From Candidatus Eiseniibacteriota bacterium (lineage in GTDB: Bacteria > Eisenbacteria > RBG-16-71-46 > CAIMUX01 > VGJL01), in NCBI GenBank assembly GCA_963792585.1, contig CAWBWI010000003.1, positions 1,056,001 to 1,120,000 on the forward strand: DNA of 64,000 nt, given 5' to 3'. The number at the start of each line of letters is the position of its first letter. The first letter of the stretch is position 1. Positions 29,099 through 41,651 of the stretch are shown here, one piece after another. Made by a program: the position numbers and the translations under genes. Under the pieces are notes generated by a model. The model saw only the letters and a list, made by a program, of their open reading frames with translations, made no database searches and was not told the origin of the DNA.

Positions 29099-29117
29099 AA
29101 CAGCACGGAGAATCGAG

Positions 29118-31805
29118 CTAACGGGCGAGCACGATGATGCGGTTCACGCGGACATCACCGATGCGCGCGCGCAGGTAGTAGACGCCCGAGGGCGCATTCG
29201 CCCCCCGCGCGTCCCAGTGGATCTCTCGACTTCCCGCCCCCAGCTCTCCTGCGAGGAGCCTGCCGACATTGCGGCCGTGCACGTCGAAGATGGAGATCTC
29301 CGCATCCACAGCCTTGGATGGGCTGACGACGATCGCATCGCCCGCCCGGAACGGGTTCGGAACGGTCAACAAAGGCGCGGTCGTGGTCTGCGTACCGGGA
29401 GGGTCCGCCGGTTGCAGGTTTGCCGCGTCCTCGATCACCTGGGGCGGATCCCCGTTGTCCACCGGGGGATCGTGGGCCACGTCCGTATCAGCGTCGTGGT
29501 CTTCCACCGGCATGTCCCAGTCCAGGGCCGACCAGCCGGCGATGTGGAATGACGGTACTCCGCCTGCGAGCAGGAAATCGCCGACCGCGAAGAGCTGGTC
29601 ATTGCGGACGGCGAGGCCGCGAACAGCGTTGTTGGTTCCCTGGCCAAGCGGCATCCAGAGATTGCCGTCCCAGCGGGCGATGTGGTTGGCGACGAAGGCA
29701 TCGGCGCGGGTGAACCACCCGCCCGCGATCAGGCCGTCGCCATAGGACGCCAGAGTCCAGATCGCGCCATTCACGCCGCCGCCGAGGGGCTCCCACATCT
29801 GCCCGGTCCAGCGGGCGACATGAAGGCTCGGAAGTCCCGCGCGGGTGAACCAACCGCCCGCGATCAGCTTGCCGTTGTGCTCGGCCAGGGCGCCGACCCA
29901 ATCGTTCATCCCGGTGCCCATGCGTTCCCAGGAACGTCCGCGCCACCGCGCGATCCTCGATGCGGCGACGCCGCCGATCATCGTGAAATTGCCCCCGGCG
30001 ATGAGGGCCCCGTCGTGGACGGTCAAAGCGAAGACGGAGGGAAAGCGGTCGCCCAGGATCCCGCCGGAGATCGAACCCCAGGAGCTTCCGTTCCACTTCG
30101 CGAGGCTCTTGCAGTCGATGTCGTCGACAAGGTCGAAGTAGCCGCCGACGATGAGCTCGTCGTTGTAGACCGCGAGAGCGTAGACCCCGGGGCTGGCGTG
30201 TCCCTTGATCCCACCCCCGAGCGGGTGCCAGGCCTGTCCATCCCAGCGGGCGATCCGCGCGGCCGGTACGTCCCCGGCCGTGGTGAACTCTCCCGCTGCA
30301 ATCAGGTCCCCGTTGTAGACGGCAAGCGCGTTCACCCAGTCATTCATTCCCTCGCCGAGGGGATGCCACGAGGCGCCGTCCCAACGCGCGATCCTGTTGG
30401 CGGAGACATCGCCCGCCCGGGTGAAGTTACCTGCGACCACGAGATCGCCCTGGTAGATGACGGCGGCGTGCGTCCAGCCGTCGAGGCCATCGCCGCGCGG
30501 GCCCGCCGCTCCTACCGGCGCCCATCCGCTGAGGTCCCATGTGCTCAGATACCCGACCTCGATCGATCCGGCCTGCGTGAGCAGACCGGCGGCGTAGAGC
30601 TTTCCTTCATGAACGGTCATGGCGAGGGGCATTTCGTTGGTGCCCAGTCCAAGCGGTTGCCAGTGCGTGCCGTTCCACCGGGCGATGTTGCTCGCCGGAG
30701 CGCCGCCGGCCGCGAGGAACCGGCCTCCCGCGATCAACTCTCCACCGATCACGGTGAGGGACCGGATGGGAGCATCGATCCCCGCGCCGAGCGGGCTCCA
30801 CTGGAATCCGTCCCACCGCGCGACGCTCTCCGCCGGCACGCCGCCGGCGCGGTCGAACCAGCCGGCCGCGACCAGCCCGCCGTTGTAGTCCGCCAACGCC
30901 CACACCGGATAACTCAACCCCTCTCCAAGTTTCTGCCACACGCTCCCGGTCCATCGGGCGATGAAGTTCGTCTGCAGCTCTCCGGCGTGGCGGAACATGC
31001 CCGCCGCGACGACGCCGTTTCCATAGGGGGCCAGGGCGAAGACCGGATCGTCAAGGCCATCCCCGAGCGGGGTCCAATGGTCTGCGTCCCAACGCGCGAT
31101 GCAGCCGACCGGGTCGGTTCCCGTCTCGCGGAACGTGCCGCCGGCGATCAGCTCGCCATCGCTCACGGTCAGGGCGAGCACATCGCTGTCGAACCCAGGC
31201 CCGAGGGGTGTCCACTGCTGGCCGTCCCACCGCGCGACGCGGTTGGCCTGAATTCCACCTGCGTAGGTGAAGTAGCCTCCGGCGATCAGGTCGCCGTCGT
31301 GCACGGTCAGGGCAAGGACCCAGTCGTTCGTGCCCTCGCCAAGCGGGCTCCACGTGGACCCGTCCCAGCGGGCGATGAAGTTCGCGCGGACGCCCCCTGC
31401 CGTGACGAACGCCCCTCCGGCGACCACCGTCCCCTGGTAGACGACGAGCGCGTAGATCGGTTGATCGACGCCCGGGCGTGGGAGGGGATTGCCGAAGTTG
31501 TCGGCCCAGTAACGGTCCAAGTCCGTGGCGGGAGCCGGTTCGGTCAGCGGAAGGAAGTGCGGTTCCCGATCGAGGAGATCGATGTCCCCATCGTAGCCCG
31601 AGAGGGTCACCGGACCTTCATAGCCTGATCGTTGCACGGCCCCCATATCGATCCGCCCTTCCGGGGTCAGAAAGTGATCGACGTTCGGCACGCGTGCGTG
31701 GAAGGGGGGCGAGTCGGACGCGCGGGCCGGAACCGCTCCGCCCGCGAGGCAGAGCGCGAAGAGCACAAGGGGAACGACTCGGAGACACATCCTACTCAAG
31801 TTCAT
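29118..31805 (-). CDS. Large secreted WxPLGxG-repeat beta-propeller protein with FlgD-like CTD
   Basis: About 13 repeats of V.AL.V..G.LIAGG.F..AG......IARWDG..W.PLG.G; signal peptide; CTD VPNPF...FDVHGRNV...SGVYYLR. Confidence 0.9.
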   Translation of the reverse strand: MNLSRMCLRVVPLVLFALCLAGGAVPARASDSPPFHARVPNVDHFLTPEGRIDMGAVQRSGYEGPVTLSGYDGDIDLLDREPHFLPLTEPAPATDLDRYWADNFGNPLPRPGVDQPIYALVVYQGTVVAGGAFVTAGGVRANFIARWDGSTWSPLGEGTNDWVLALTVHDGDLIAGGYFTYAGGIQANRVARWDGQQWTPLGPGFDSDVLALTVSDGELIAGGTFRETGTDPVGCIARWDADHWTPLGDGLDDPVFALAPYGNGVVAAGMFRHAGELQTNFIARWTGSVWQKLGEGLSYPVWALADYNGGLVAAGWFDRAGGVPAESVARWDGFQWSPLGAGIDAPIRSLTVIGGELIAGGRFLAAGGAPASNIARWNGTHWQPLGLGTNEMPLAMTVHEGKLYAAGLLTQAGSIEVGYLSTWDLSGWAPVGAAGPRGDGLDGWTHAAVIYQGDLVVAGNFTRAGDVSANRIARWDGASWHPLGEGMNDWVNALAVYNGDLIAAGEFTTAGDVPAARIARWDGQAWHPLGGGIKGHASPGVYALAVYNDELIVGGYFDLVDDIDCKSLAKWNGSSWGSISGGILGDRFPSVFALTVHDGALIAGGNFTMIGGVAASRIARWRGRSWERMGTGMNDWVGALAEHNGKLIAGGWFTRAGLPSLHVARWTGQMWEPLGGGVNGAIWTLASYGDGLIAGGWFTRADAFVANHIARWDGNLWMPLGQGTNNAVRGLAVRNDQLFAVGDFLLAGGVPSFHIAGWSALDWDMPVEDHDADTDVAHDPPVDNGDPPQVIEDAANLQPADPPGTQTTTAPLLTVPNPFRAGDAIVVSPSKAVDAEISIFDVHGRNVGRLLAGELGAGSREIHWDARGANAPSGVYYLRARIGDVRVNRIIVLAR

Positions 31806-32125
31806 GGCGAGACCCTCCTACATGGCAGGAGGCAAGCGGGTCCAGCGTAACGATGACGCAATCGACACGGTACGGATTTGAGAATGGGGTTGGGTGGGCT
31901 GCTCGGCAGGTCGCAGGGCTCGAGGTTGTGATCCCCGCTCCCGCTTGGTCCGGAAACCGTCCCGGTCGTATGTGCAGACGAAAGGGCATGCTCGCCGCCT
32001 GGCTCGGAACCCCAGCAACCCGAGTATCGATAACTCCTCCCCGGATCTCAAGAAGTTTCCTCTTCGAGCGGCCCGGAGCGCCGAGCTACATTCTCCCGTT
32101 GGAGTTAGCCTTCCAAGGAGACGGC

Positions 32126-34053
<1,928 letters not shown>

Positions 34054-34109
34054 AGGAAAGCTGCTGCTTGGCGCGGCGTGGCGTCGTATCTTGGCGCGGG
34101 GAGCGAATC

Positions 34110-35273
34110 ATGGGCGAACCACGAGACGAGCGAAGCGCGGGGGTGAAGATCCCGGAGACCCTGTCGGCGGGCGACGGGGTGCGCCTGCTCCGGCGCTATT
34201 CCCTGGCCTTCGGTTTCGGAATCGTCGCGCTCGGCATCCTCGTCCTCCTGATCGCGATCTATCTCCAGATCGCCTACGAGATCCTCTGGGCCAGCACGCT
34301 GGCTGTTCTCTTCTACCCGTTGCACCGGCGGATCTTCCGCCTCGTGCGCGGAAGGGGAAACGTCGCCGCAGGGATCAGCACGTTCCTGGCGATCATGATC
34401 CTCTTCATCCCCGCCTTTCTCACCGTGTTCAACCTGGTCGCCGAGGTCCGCAACCTGATGCCCACGATGCGTGAGGGATTCGGCACCAACACCTTTCATG
34501 CGCTGGCGACGGGGCTCGAGGACTCGCCGTTCCGTGGCGCGGTACACCTGCTCCTCGGCCTGCCGGCGGACGCGGACGTTGCCGCTATCGAAGGTGAGAT
34601 CGCCAAGGGCGCGGCGGCGTTGCAGGAGCTCCTCCTCGGGCTGCTCAAGTCCGTCACGAAGAGCGCCCCTGCGGCCCTCTTCCAGGTCGTCATCACGCTC
34701 CTCGGGCTCTTCTTCTTCCTCCGGCAGGGTCCGGTCTGGATCGAGTCGATCAAGAAGGCGCTACCGCTCGCGCCCGAGCACTCCAACAGGCTCTTCGGGA
34801 TTGCGGCGCAGGCCGTCAACGCCGTCTTCCGCGGCGTGATCCTGACCGCGGCGGCCCAGGCGGTGCTCGCCGGACTCGGATTCTGGGTGGCTGGGGCGAA
34901 GGTGCCGATCCTGCTCGCCTGCCTGACCTTCCTCGGCTCGATGGTCCCTTTCGTCGGGGCGATCGCGGTCTGGCTGCCGACGGCGATCGTCCTCTTCATC
35001 ACGGGACACACGGTCGCGGCGATCGGCCTCGGGATCTACGGGATGGTCGTGGTAAGTTTGGCCGACAACGTGATCAAGCCGATCGTGATCGGCCGCGAGA
35101 TGAGGCTGCCGACCCTCTGGCTATTTCTGGCGATCATCGGCGCGCTCGAGCTGTTCGGCTTTCTCGGCGTCGTCGTCGGCCCCGCGACCCTCTCGCTCGC
35201 CTTCGCCTGCTACCGGATCTACACGGAGGAGAGACGGACTGCCGTGGAGGGCGGCGCGCGCGGGGGGGCCTAG
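34110..35273 (+). CDS. AI-2E (PerM/UPF0118) family transporter
   Basis: [49 protein letters not shown]. Confidence 0.9.
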   Translation: MGEPRDERSAGVKIPETLSAGDGVRLLRRYSLAFGFGIVALGILVLLIAIYLQIAYEILWASTLAVLFYPLHRRIFRLVRGRGNVAAGISTFLAIMILFIPAFLTVFNLVAEVRNLMPTMREGFGTNTFHALATGLEDSPFRGAVHLLLGLPADADVAAIEGEIAKGAAALQELLLGLLKSVTKSAPAALFQVVITLLGLFFFLRQGPVWIESIKKALPLAPEHSNRLFGIAAQAVNAVFRGVILTAAAQAVLAGLGFWVAGAKVPILLACLTFLGSMVPFVGAIAVWLPTAIVLFITGHTVAAIGLGIYGMVVVSLADNVIKPIVIGREMRLPTLWLFLAIIGALELFGFLGVVVGPATLSLAFACYRIYTEERRTAVEGGARGGA

Positions 35274-35277
35274 TTCC

Positions 35278-36693
35278 CTACTCGTCCCAGCGGGCGATCA
35301 GCGGTGTGCGCTGTGAACCCGGCAGGTCGAAATCGCCCCCCACGTAGAGGCTGGCGCCATCCACGAAGAGCGCGTTGACGCCTCCATAGATGGTTCCGAA
35401 AGTCCGCCAGGTCGATCCATCCCAACGCAGGAGGTTGCCATCCGGGTACCTGGTGAAGTTCAGTCCGCCGACCACGAGGCTTCCCTGGAACTCGGTCATC
35501 ACTGAAACTCCTGGTTCCCCGGGGTCAGGCAGCCGTGTCCACCCCGACCCATCCCACGACGCGACGAGTCCCTGACCCATCTCTCTGTCGTCGAACGAGC
35601 CGCCTGCGAAGAGCATCCCGCCGGAGACCAAGAGGGAGAGCACCGTGACTCCCTCGATCCCGATCGCGGGTGGCTGCCAGTCGGAGCCGTCCCAGGCCGC
35701 GACTCCATGGCAGTCGACGCCGCCCGCGCGGGTGAACGATCCACCAACGATGAGACGGTCCTCGAACACCGTGAGTGCGCGAACGGACCCGTCGACTCCG
35801 GCGCCGAGCGGCCGCCAGACATCGCCGTCCCACGAGGCGATGTTTGCGGCGACAGAATCCCCGGCGGTGCCGAACCTGCCCGCCGCGATCAATCGATCAT
35901 GGTAGACGGCGAGGGCATACACGGGGCCGTCGGTCCCGTTTCCGAGAGGGAGCCAATCGCTCCCGTCCCATCGGACGACGTTATGTGCCTCCGTGCCGCC
36001 CACCAGGGGAATCAAGCCTCCCGCGATGAGTTGATCCCGGTACGTCGTAAAGGCGACGACTTGGGAATTGAGGTCCCAGCCCGCTGCGTCCCAACTCGAT
36101 CCGTCCCAGCGGGCGAGGCCCACGCTTTCGTCCTCATCACCGGTCGATGTCCGGAAGTACCCGCCGGCGAAGAGCGCACCTTCATGGAGGATGATCGCGT
36201 CGACCACGCCGCAGCAAAGCGGCGCGCCGGAGAAGCCGTTCCACCAGTGCAGATCATCGGGGCGGAGACGGACGGCGTTCGAGAGCCCGGACCAATTGCC
36301 TGCGTCGTCGACCGCGTTCAATGCGACCCAGAGATCGCTGCCGAGCGGCCTCAGCGAGACGAGCATGGTCTCGGCCGCGCCGGCGATTCGGGGCGACGCC
36401 GGCGGGGGAATCTCGGCGGCGCCGGCCCAGCTGGGGGGAGTCATGGGCGTCGTGGCGAGCCGGACATCGTATCGTGACACGGTTCCGACCACGCCGTCGT
36501 CGCCGGGCGCCGTCCAGGAGATGACGGCGGAGGAGTCGCGAAACTCGAGGAAACGCAGGTCGAGCACGCGCGCGGGAGGATTCTCGTCCACGGATGACGT
36601 GGGGATGCGGTGATCGTCCTCCCCGCATCCGAAGAGCAGAATCGCGAGCGCCCAGAGGATCGTCCTTCGCGGAATCCGCATCATCGCCCTCAC
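35278..36693 (-). CDS. Lipoprotein with FN3 domain and WxxLG beta-propeller
   Basis: Lipobox LLFGC; SWTAPGDDG...DDAGNWSGLSN FN3 domain; ARWDGS.W repeats. Confidence 0.85.
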   Translation of the reverse strand: MRAMMRIPRRTILWALAILLFGCGEDDHRIPTSSVDENPPARVLDLRFLEFRDSSAVISWTAPGDDGVVGTVSRYDVRLATTPMTPPSWAGAAEIPPPASPRIAGAAETMLVSLRPLGSDLWVALNAVDDAGNWSGLSNAVRLRPDDLHWWNGFSGAPLCCGVVDAIILHEGALFAGGYFRTSTGDEDESVGLARWDGSSWDAAGWDLNSQVVAFTTYRDQLIAGGLIPLVGGTEAHNVVRWDGSDWLPLGNGTDGPVYALAVYHDRLIAAGRFGTAGDSVAANIASWDGDVWRPLGAGVDGSVRALTVFEDRLIVGGSFTRAGGVDCHGVAAWDGSDWQPPAIGIEGVTVLSLLVSGGMLFAGGSFDDREMGQGLVASWDGSGWTRLPDPGEPGVSVMTEFQGSLVVGGLNFTRYPDGNLLRWDGSTWRTFGTIYGGVNALFVDGASLYVGGDFDLPGSQRTPLIARWDE

Positions 36694-36891
36694 ATCCTCC
36701 CCGCGCAGGATGCTCCGTGGCCCGCGGCGCCGTCAAGACGCCTCCGGCCATCCGGATCCCCTCCGTCCGGGTCGATGGAATCTCTGCTCCGTCTGCGAAT
36801 CTCGACTCATGGCATCGGGCGAGCGGATCGGGTATCCTTCGCCGTTCGCCAAGTATCGCCGCGGCCGACCTGCGGCGGGCAAGGAGGGGGC

Positions 36892-37475
36892 GTGAAGGAG
36901 AGTCCGATACCGACCGTCTATTTTTCCGTCGACACGGAGGCCTCCGGCCCCCTGCCGCCCGACTACAACCTCGTCTCGATCGGGGCGGTCGAGGTTCGCC
37001 CGAGTCCCGCGGGGCACGTGATCGGCCGCGAGTTCTACGTCGAGCTGAAGCCGATCTTCCCCGGCTTCCGCGCCGAGTCGATGGCGATCCACGGGATTTC
37101 GCGCGAGCACCTCGAGACGCAAGGCACCGACGCGCGGATCGCGATGCAGAGTTTCGCCGACTGGACCCTCTCCTGCCTCTCCGGCGAAGAGCAGCCCGTC
37201 TTCGTGGGCCACAACGTCTCGTTCGACTGGGCCTACATCAACTACTACTTCCACCACTTCCAGATCGAGAACATCTACGGCTACAAGGGCATCGATTCGA
37301 AGTCCCTCGCCGTGGGGGTCCTCGGAATCCCATGGTGGGACGCGAACAAGGACTATCTACTGGAGGCGATCCCCGGCCTCGTGGGACTTCCCCGGCCGAG
37401 CAGGTGCACAATGCCCTGCACGATGCGCAGTTTCAGGCGCGAATCCTGGCGGCGCTCCTCGACTGGAAGCGATGA
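36892..37475 (+). CDS. DEDDh 3'-5' exonuclease (frameshift near 37390)
   Basis: SVDTEASG, FVGHNVSFDW, and HNALHDAQFQ in another frame; stop overlaps the nfo start. Confidence 0.85.
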
Positions 37476-38351
37476 AGCCTGCCGTGGCGACCGGCCCGAT
37501 GGTCGGCGCCCACATGTCGGTTGCAGGGGGGCTGCACAACGCGGTGATCGAGGCCGCGCGCTATCGCTGTCGCGCGGTGCAGATCTTCAGCAAGTCGTCC
37601 AACCAGTGGGCGGCGCGCACGCTGACCGACGAGGATCTCGCCGCCTGGAACGACGCGCGGGCGCGGCATCCCATGGTGCCGATCGTCCATGACTCGTACC
37701 TGATCAACCTCGCCTCGCCCGATCCCGCCCTTCTCGAACGCTCACGAGCCGCGTTTCTCGAGGAGGTGCGCCGGTGCGATCTTCTCGACATTCCGCTCCT
37801 CGTCTTCCATCCGGGCGCGGACATGGGGGCGGGTGAGGACGAAGGGCTCGCGCGGATCGCGGCGAGTCTCGACTGGGTCTGCGAGCGCGACGAGGGTTCC
37901 GCGACGATGCTTCTCCTCGAGACGACCGCGGGGCAGGGGACGAGCCTCGGACATCGGATCGAGCATCTGGCCGGATCGTCGAGCGGACAAGCCGCCCCGA
38001 ACGGCTTGGCGTCTGCGTCGATACGTGCCATGTTCTCGCGGCCGGCTACGACATCCGCACGAAGGAAGGATACGATGCGGTCTTGCGCGGAGTCGACGCG
38101 TTGCTCGGCGTTGATCGTGCTCCGATGCTTCCACGTCAACGATTCGAAGAAGGACCTGGGCTCGCGTGTCGATCGGCACGAGCACATCGGTAAGGGCTTC
38201 GTGGGAACCGCCGCGTTCGGTTCCGTCATGCGCGATCCGCGCTTCGTCGACGTCCCCAAGATCCTCGAGACGCCGAAGGACGGATGACATGGACCGGAAG
38301 AACCTCGCCCTCCTGCGCCGGCTCGCGAACGCGGCGCCCGCGAACGCGTAG
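37472..38351 (+). CDS. nfo: Endonuclease IV (frameshifted)
   Basis: GAHMSVAGG, QIF, HDSYLINLAS, FHPG, LETTAGQG, GVCVDTCH, HVNDSK, DRHEHIG, ILETPK. Confidence 0.93.
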
Positions 38352-38385
38352 CCGAATTCCTCCGATCCGACAGCAGACAGACGAG

Positions 38386-38414
38386 AGCCCCGGGCCGGTG
38401 CGCGGCCCGGGGCT
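38386..38414. terminator. Inverted repeat between convergent genes
   Basis: AGCCCCGGGCCG-gtgcg-CGGCCCGGGGCT (12-bp perfect stem). Confidence 0.65.
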
Positions 38415-38458
38415 GGATGAAGTCGCTCGTGATTCGTGTCGTCGATCGAGGATGCGGC

Positions 38459-40805
38459 TTACCGGATCAGCGTCAGGCGTCCCTCGGTCCGGATGCCCGC
38501 GCCGTTGGCCCTCATGAAGTAGGCCCCCGGGGTGAGTCCATCGACGTGCCACGCGATCTCCATCGGGCCCGCACCCGCCGCCGCGACCTCGCGCGAGGCG
38601 ACCCGGCGTCCAGAAACATCGTGGAGCGAGAGCTGCACGACGCCGGAGGCGGTCGGGACGAGCCTCAGGGTCAGATCGGGTCGCGACGGGATTCGGGAGG
38701 ATCGTCAGGGCCGCGCCGGAGGCGAGGATCGCGTCGGGAACGTCGACCGCAGGAACTGCCGTTCCGCCCGCCGCGTGGTAGCGCACCGCGAACTCCTGGT
38801 AGTAGAGGTTCGCGACCCGGAAGTCCTCGATCATCAGTGATGTTCTCGTCGTTCTCGTTGTTGGCGGCGTTCGACCAGTTCGAGCTTCCCGTGATGACCG
38901 TCGGTCGCCCTCCGTGCGTTCACGTCCAGGATCATGTACTTTGAGTGCAGGTTCCCGCTCTCGCGTCGAGCCAGACGTCGGCCGGAGGGCTCCACGGGTA
39001 GGTGCCGGTGCCGCTGCATGTTCGTGTACTCGCTATCGACGGAGCTTCCTGGTCGCTGTCGAAGACGCCTCGCACCTCGAACCCGGGATCGTTCAGGAAC
39101 GCGCTCGTAGAGCGCGTTCTAGACGTCGACGCACGTGAACACGTAGATGCAGAAGTGCGACGGAGTACTCCGCCTCGCCGATCACGCGCCGAGAGCACCG
39201 GCATCGTGTCGTCCGACGGCGCCGAAGTAGACCTGCCCGGGATGCCCCGCGATCGAGACGCGCTTGGGCGTGTCATCGAGCTTCATCGCGCTGAAACGGG
39301 AGAGGTTCGGATCGGGCGTGTTGCCGGTCGGATCCCCACATCTCGTCGATCTCGGCCGTGTAGATCTGGCGAGCGACTCGTCCTGAATCAGGATGATGTT
39401 CTGGATGTCGCTGTAGGTGCCGAGTCGTTGGATGTTCCATGATCCGGTCAGGACCCAGTCGTTCGCGGGGTCGGCGTCCGTCATGATCGAAGATCCAGAA
39501 CTTGTCGTGCATCAGGCCGGCCCCGGGTTGTTCGGGCCGTACGCGTCGTCGATCACGGGATCCCGTTCGCGATCAGGCGTTGACCTGGGTGTGGTAGTTG
39601 CCGCCTCGGTCGTCCGTGACGAAGCGGATCGCCACTCCTCGGTTCTGTGCGCGGCGATCAACGCGTCGGCGGGGGCCGCGATGTCGAAGCTGTAGATCGC
39701 GACGTCGATCGAGAGCTGGGCGCGTTGATTCGCTCGATCAGCTTCGGACGAAGATCCACGTTTCCCTGGCGCGGCTCGCCGAGCGCGAGGGACGCGTCGA
39801 CGCCCTTGTTGAAGTAGACCCGCGTCTCGCCGGAGGAGCGGCTGCCCGAGCAGAACCGCATCCGGGGCGGCTGATCGATCCGAGCTCGTTCGTGCTGGTC
39901 ACCCTGTAGATGTAGATCGGGCGGGATCGAGCCCCGGCAGGGTCAGCGAGTGGTCGGTGACGAGCGCGGCGTCGCTCACCGTGCCGAGTTCGTAGCCGTC
40001 GTGAAGGCCGTAGTCGATCCGCGAGTCGGCGGCTGGTCGGTCGTCCAGCAGATCGTGACCGCGTGGGGAGGATGTCCGTCTCGGTCGGGCCCCGCAGTGA
40101 TCGCCGGACCGCGGATCGGGATCACGTCGGAGGGCATCCGCGGGAAGGATCTCATAGCCCGTGTTCCAGGGCGGCGAGAACCCGCCGAACTGCTTCAGGA
40201 TCCCGACGACGTCGAAGTGCCCGGAAGGCGGGGTCATTGCGGAGGTCCCCGTGTCGCGCGTCGAGGAACATGTCGCAGGTGCCCGTGTCGTCATGCAGCG
40301 TCACGACCAGGTTCGCTCCCCACGTGCCGGTGTAGGTCACGCCCTGCGATGCGGATCAGCATCCCTTCCTGCGGCTCGCAGTAAGTGACCGGGATCGAAC
40401 TGGTTGGCGACCTGGTAGCAGGTCATCGTGTAGGGCGCGGGCAGCGGGCTGTCCGGTCGCGTGCGTCGTCATCGTCGTCGGGGCGATCTCCGTCAGCCCC
40501 CGGTACTGCGCGATCGTCCCGCTGACCGTGACCGAATCGCCCATGGCGAAGGTCTGCGTGATCCCGATACTTGAAGACGTTGATCCCGCCGGTCGCATCC
40601 TGCATGTAGAAGTCGGTGTTCGTGTCGAGAAGGTTCCCGTGCCGACCGTCACGATCCCCGTGACCGAGACGCTGTCCCCCTCGGTGAGCGGGTAGCCCGA
40701 GGAGGTGTTGCAGTGAAGGCTGCCCATCGGGACCGGGTGGTACACGGCGGCGGCGGGCTGGACGCAAAGCAGGCAGAGCAACACGAATAGCGGGAGGCGA
40801 CGCAT
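38459..40805 (-). CDS. Secreted OB-fold/FN3/phospholipase D-family (two HKD motifs) nuclease-like protein with FlgD-like CTD, heavily frameshifted
   Basis: Fragments: signal MRRLPLFVLLCLL; MQDATGGINVF; MHDKFWIFD...VLTGSWN; LHSKYMILD...TGSSNWSNAANNENDEN; LHDVSGRRV...GAYFMR...LTLIR*. Confidence 0.7.
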
Positions 40806-40965
40806 CGGATCTCCTTGCTGGACGCGGTCCTTAGGATGATTGGACTTGGATGGGACGAACCCCGCAAACTACCATTTTGGGCAGGTGATTTCCATGGCGC
40901 GCGGGGTGGTTCCGAAGGCGGGCGAGGCGTCGAATCTGGTAGAATCTACCAAGGGAGGGTTGTCC

Positions 40966-41568
40966 ATGCCTTTTTGTTTTCCCCGGGGGTTTCGCATCCT
41001 GCCGCTCGCGCTCCTTTTGCTCAATTGGATCCTCATCTCAGGGCCCGCGTGGGCCCAGGCCCCGGCGGTCCCCGAAGGGGAGAACCAAGGACATACCGAG
41101 GAGGCGCCCGAGCCGGCGCCCGCTCATCCGACGATGCGGCCGGAGCAGGAAGCCCAGGCCCGCAAGATCTTCGATGAGTTGATCTCTCCCTGCTGCTGGA
41201 CGACGACGGTGGCGAGCCACGGCTCGGGCGCCGCACCCAGGATCCAGGCCGAGGTGCGCGGAATGATCGCGCAGGGAAAGAGCCACCAGCAGATTCTCGA
41301 CTTCTATGTCACCCAATACGGGGAGCGCATTCTCGCAAAGCCGAAGAAGTCCGGTTTCAATCTGACCGCCTACTGGGTGCCCTATCTCGCCATCCTGGCC
41401 GGGATCGCCCTGACCGTTCTGCTGGTGCGCAAGCGCCGGTTCGTGGTCGGGCGCGCGGGCTCTCCGGCGGCCGCAGCACCGCCCGACCCGTCCACCGGCA
41501 AGCCGGCGGCGGGACCGGACGAAGCGTACCGACGCCAGATCGAGGAGGAGCTGCGCCGCACCTCCTGA
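40966..41568 (+). CDS. ccmH: Cytochrome c biogenesis protein CcmH/CycL
   Basis: ELISPCC, EVRGMIAQGKSHQQILDFYVTQYGERILAKP, TM helix, YRRQIEEEL; GGAGG RBS. Confidence 0.85.
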   Translation: MPFCFPRGFRILPLALLLLNWILISGPAWAQAPAVPEGENQGHTEEAPEPAPAHPTMRPEQEAQARKIFDELISPCCWTTTVASHGSGAAPRIQAEVRGMIAQGKSHQQILDFYVTQYGERILAKPKKSGFNLTAYWVPYLAILAGIALTVLLVRKRRFVVGRAGSPAAAAPPDPSTGKPAAGPDEAYRRQIEEELRRTS

Positions 41569-41651
41569 GCCTCGATCCGTAACCACATCGGGCGCCCGGG
41601 TCCCGAGTCCGGGGGCGCCAGCAGCGACAACGTCGCGGCGGGAGTTCATCC

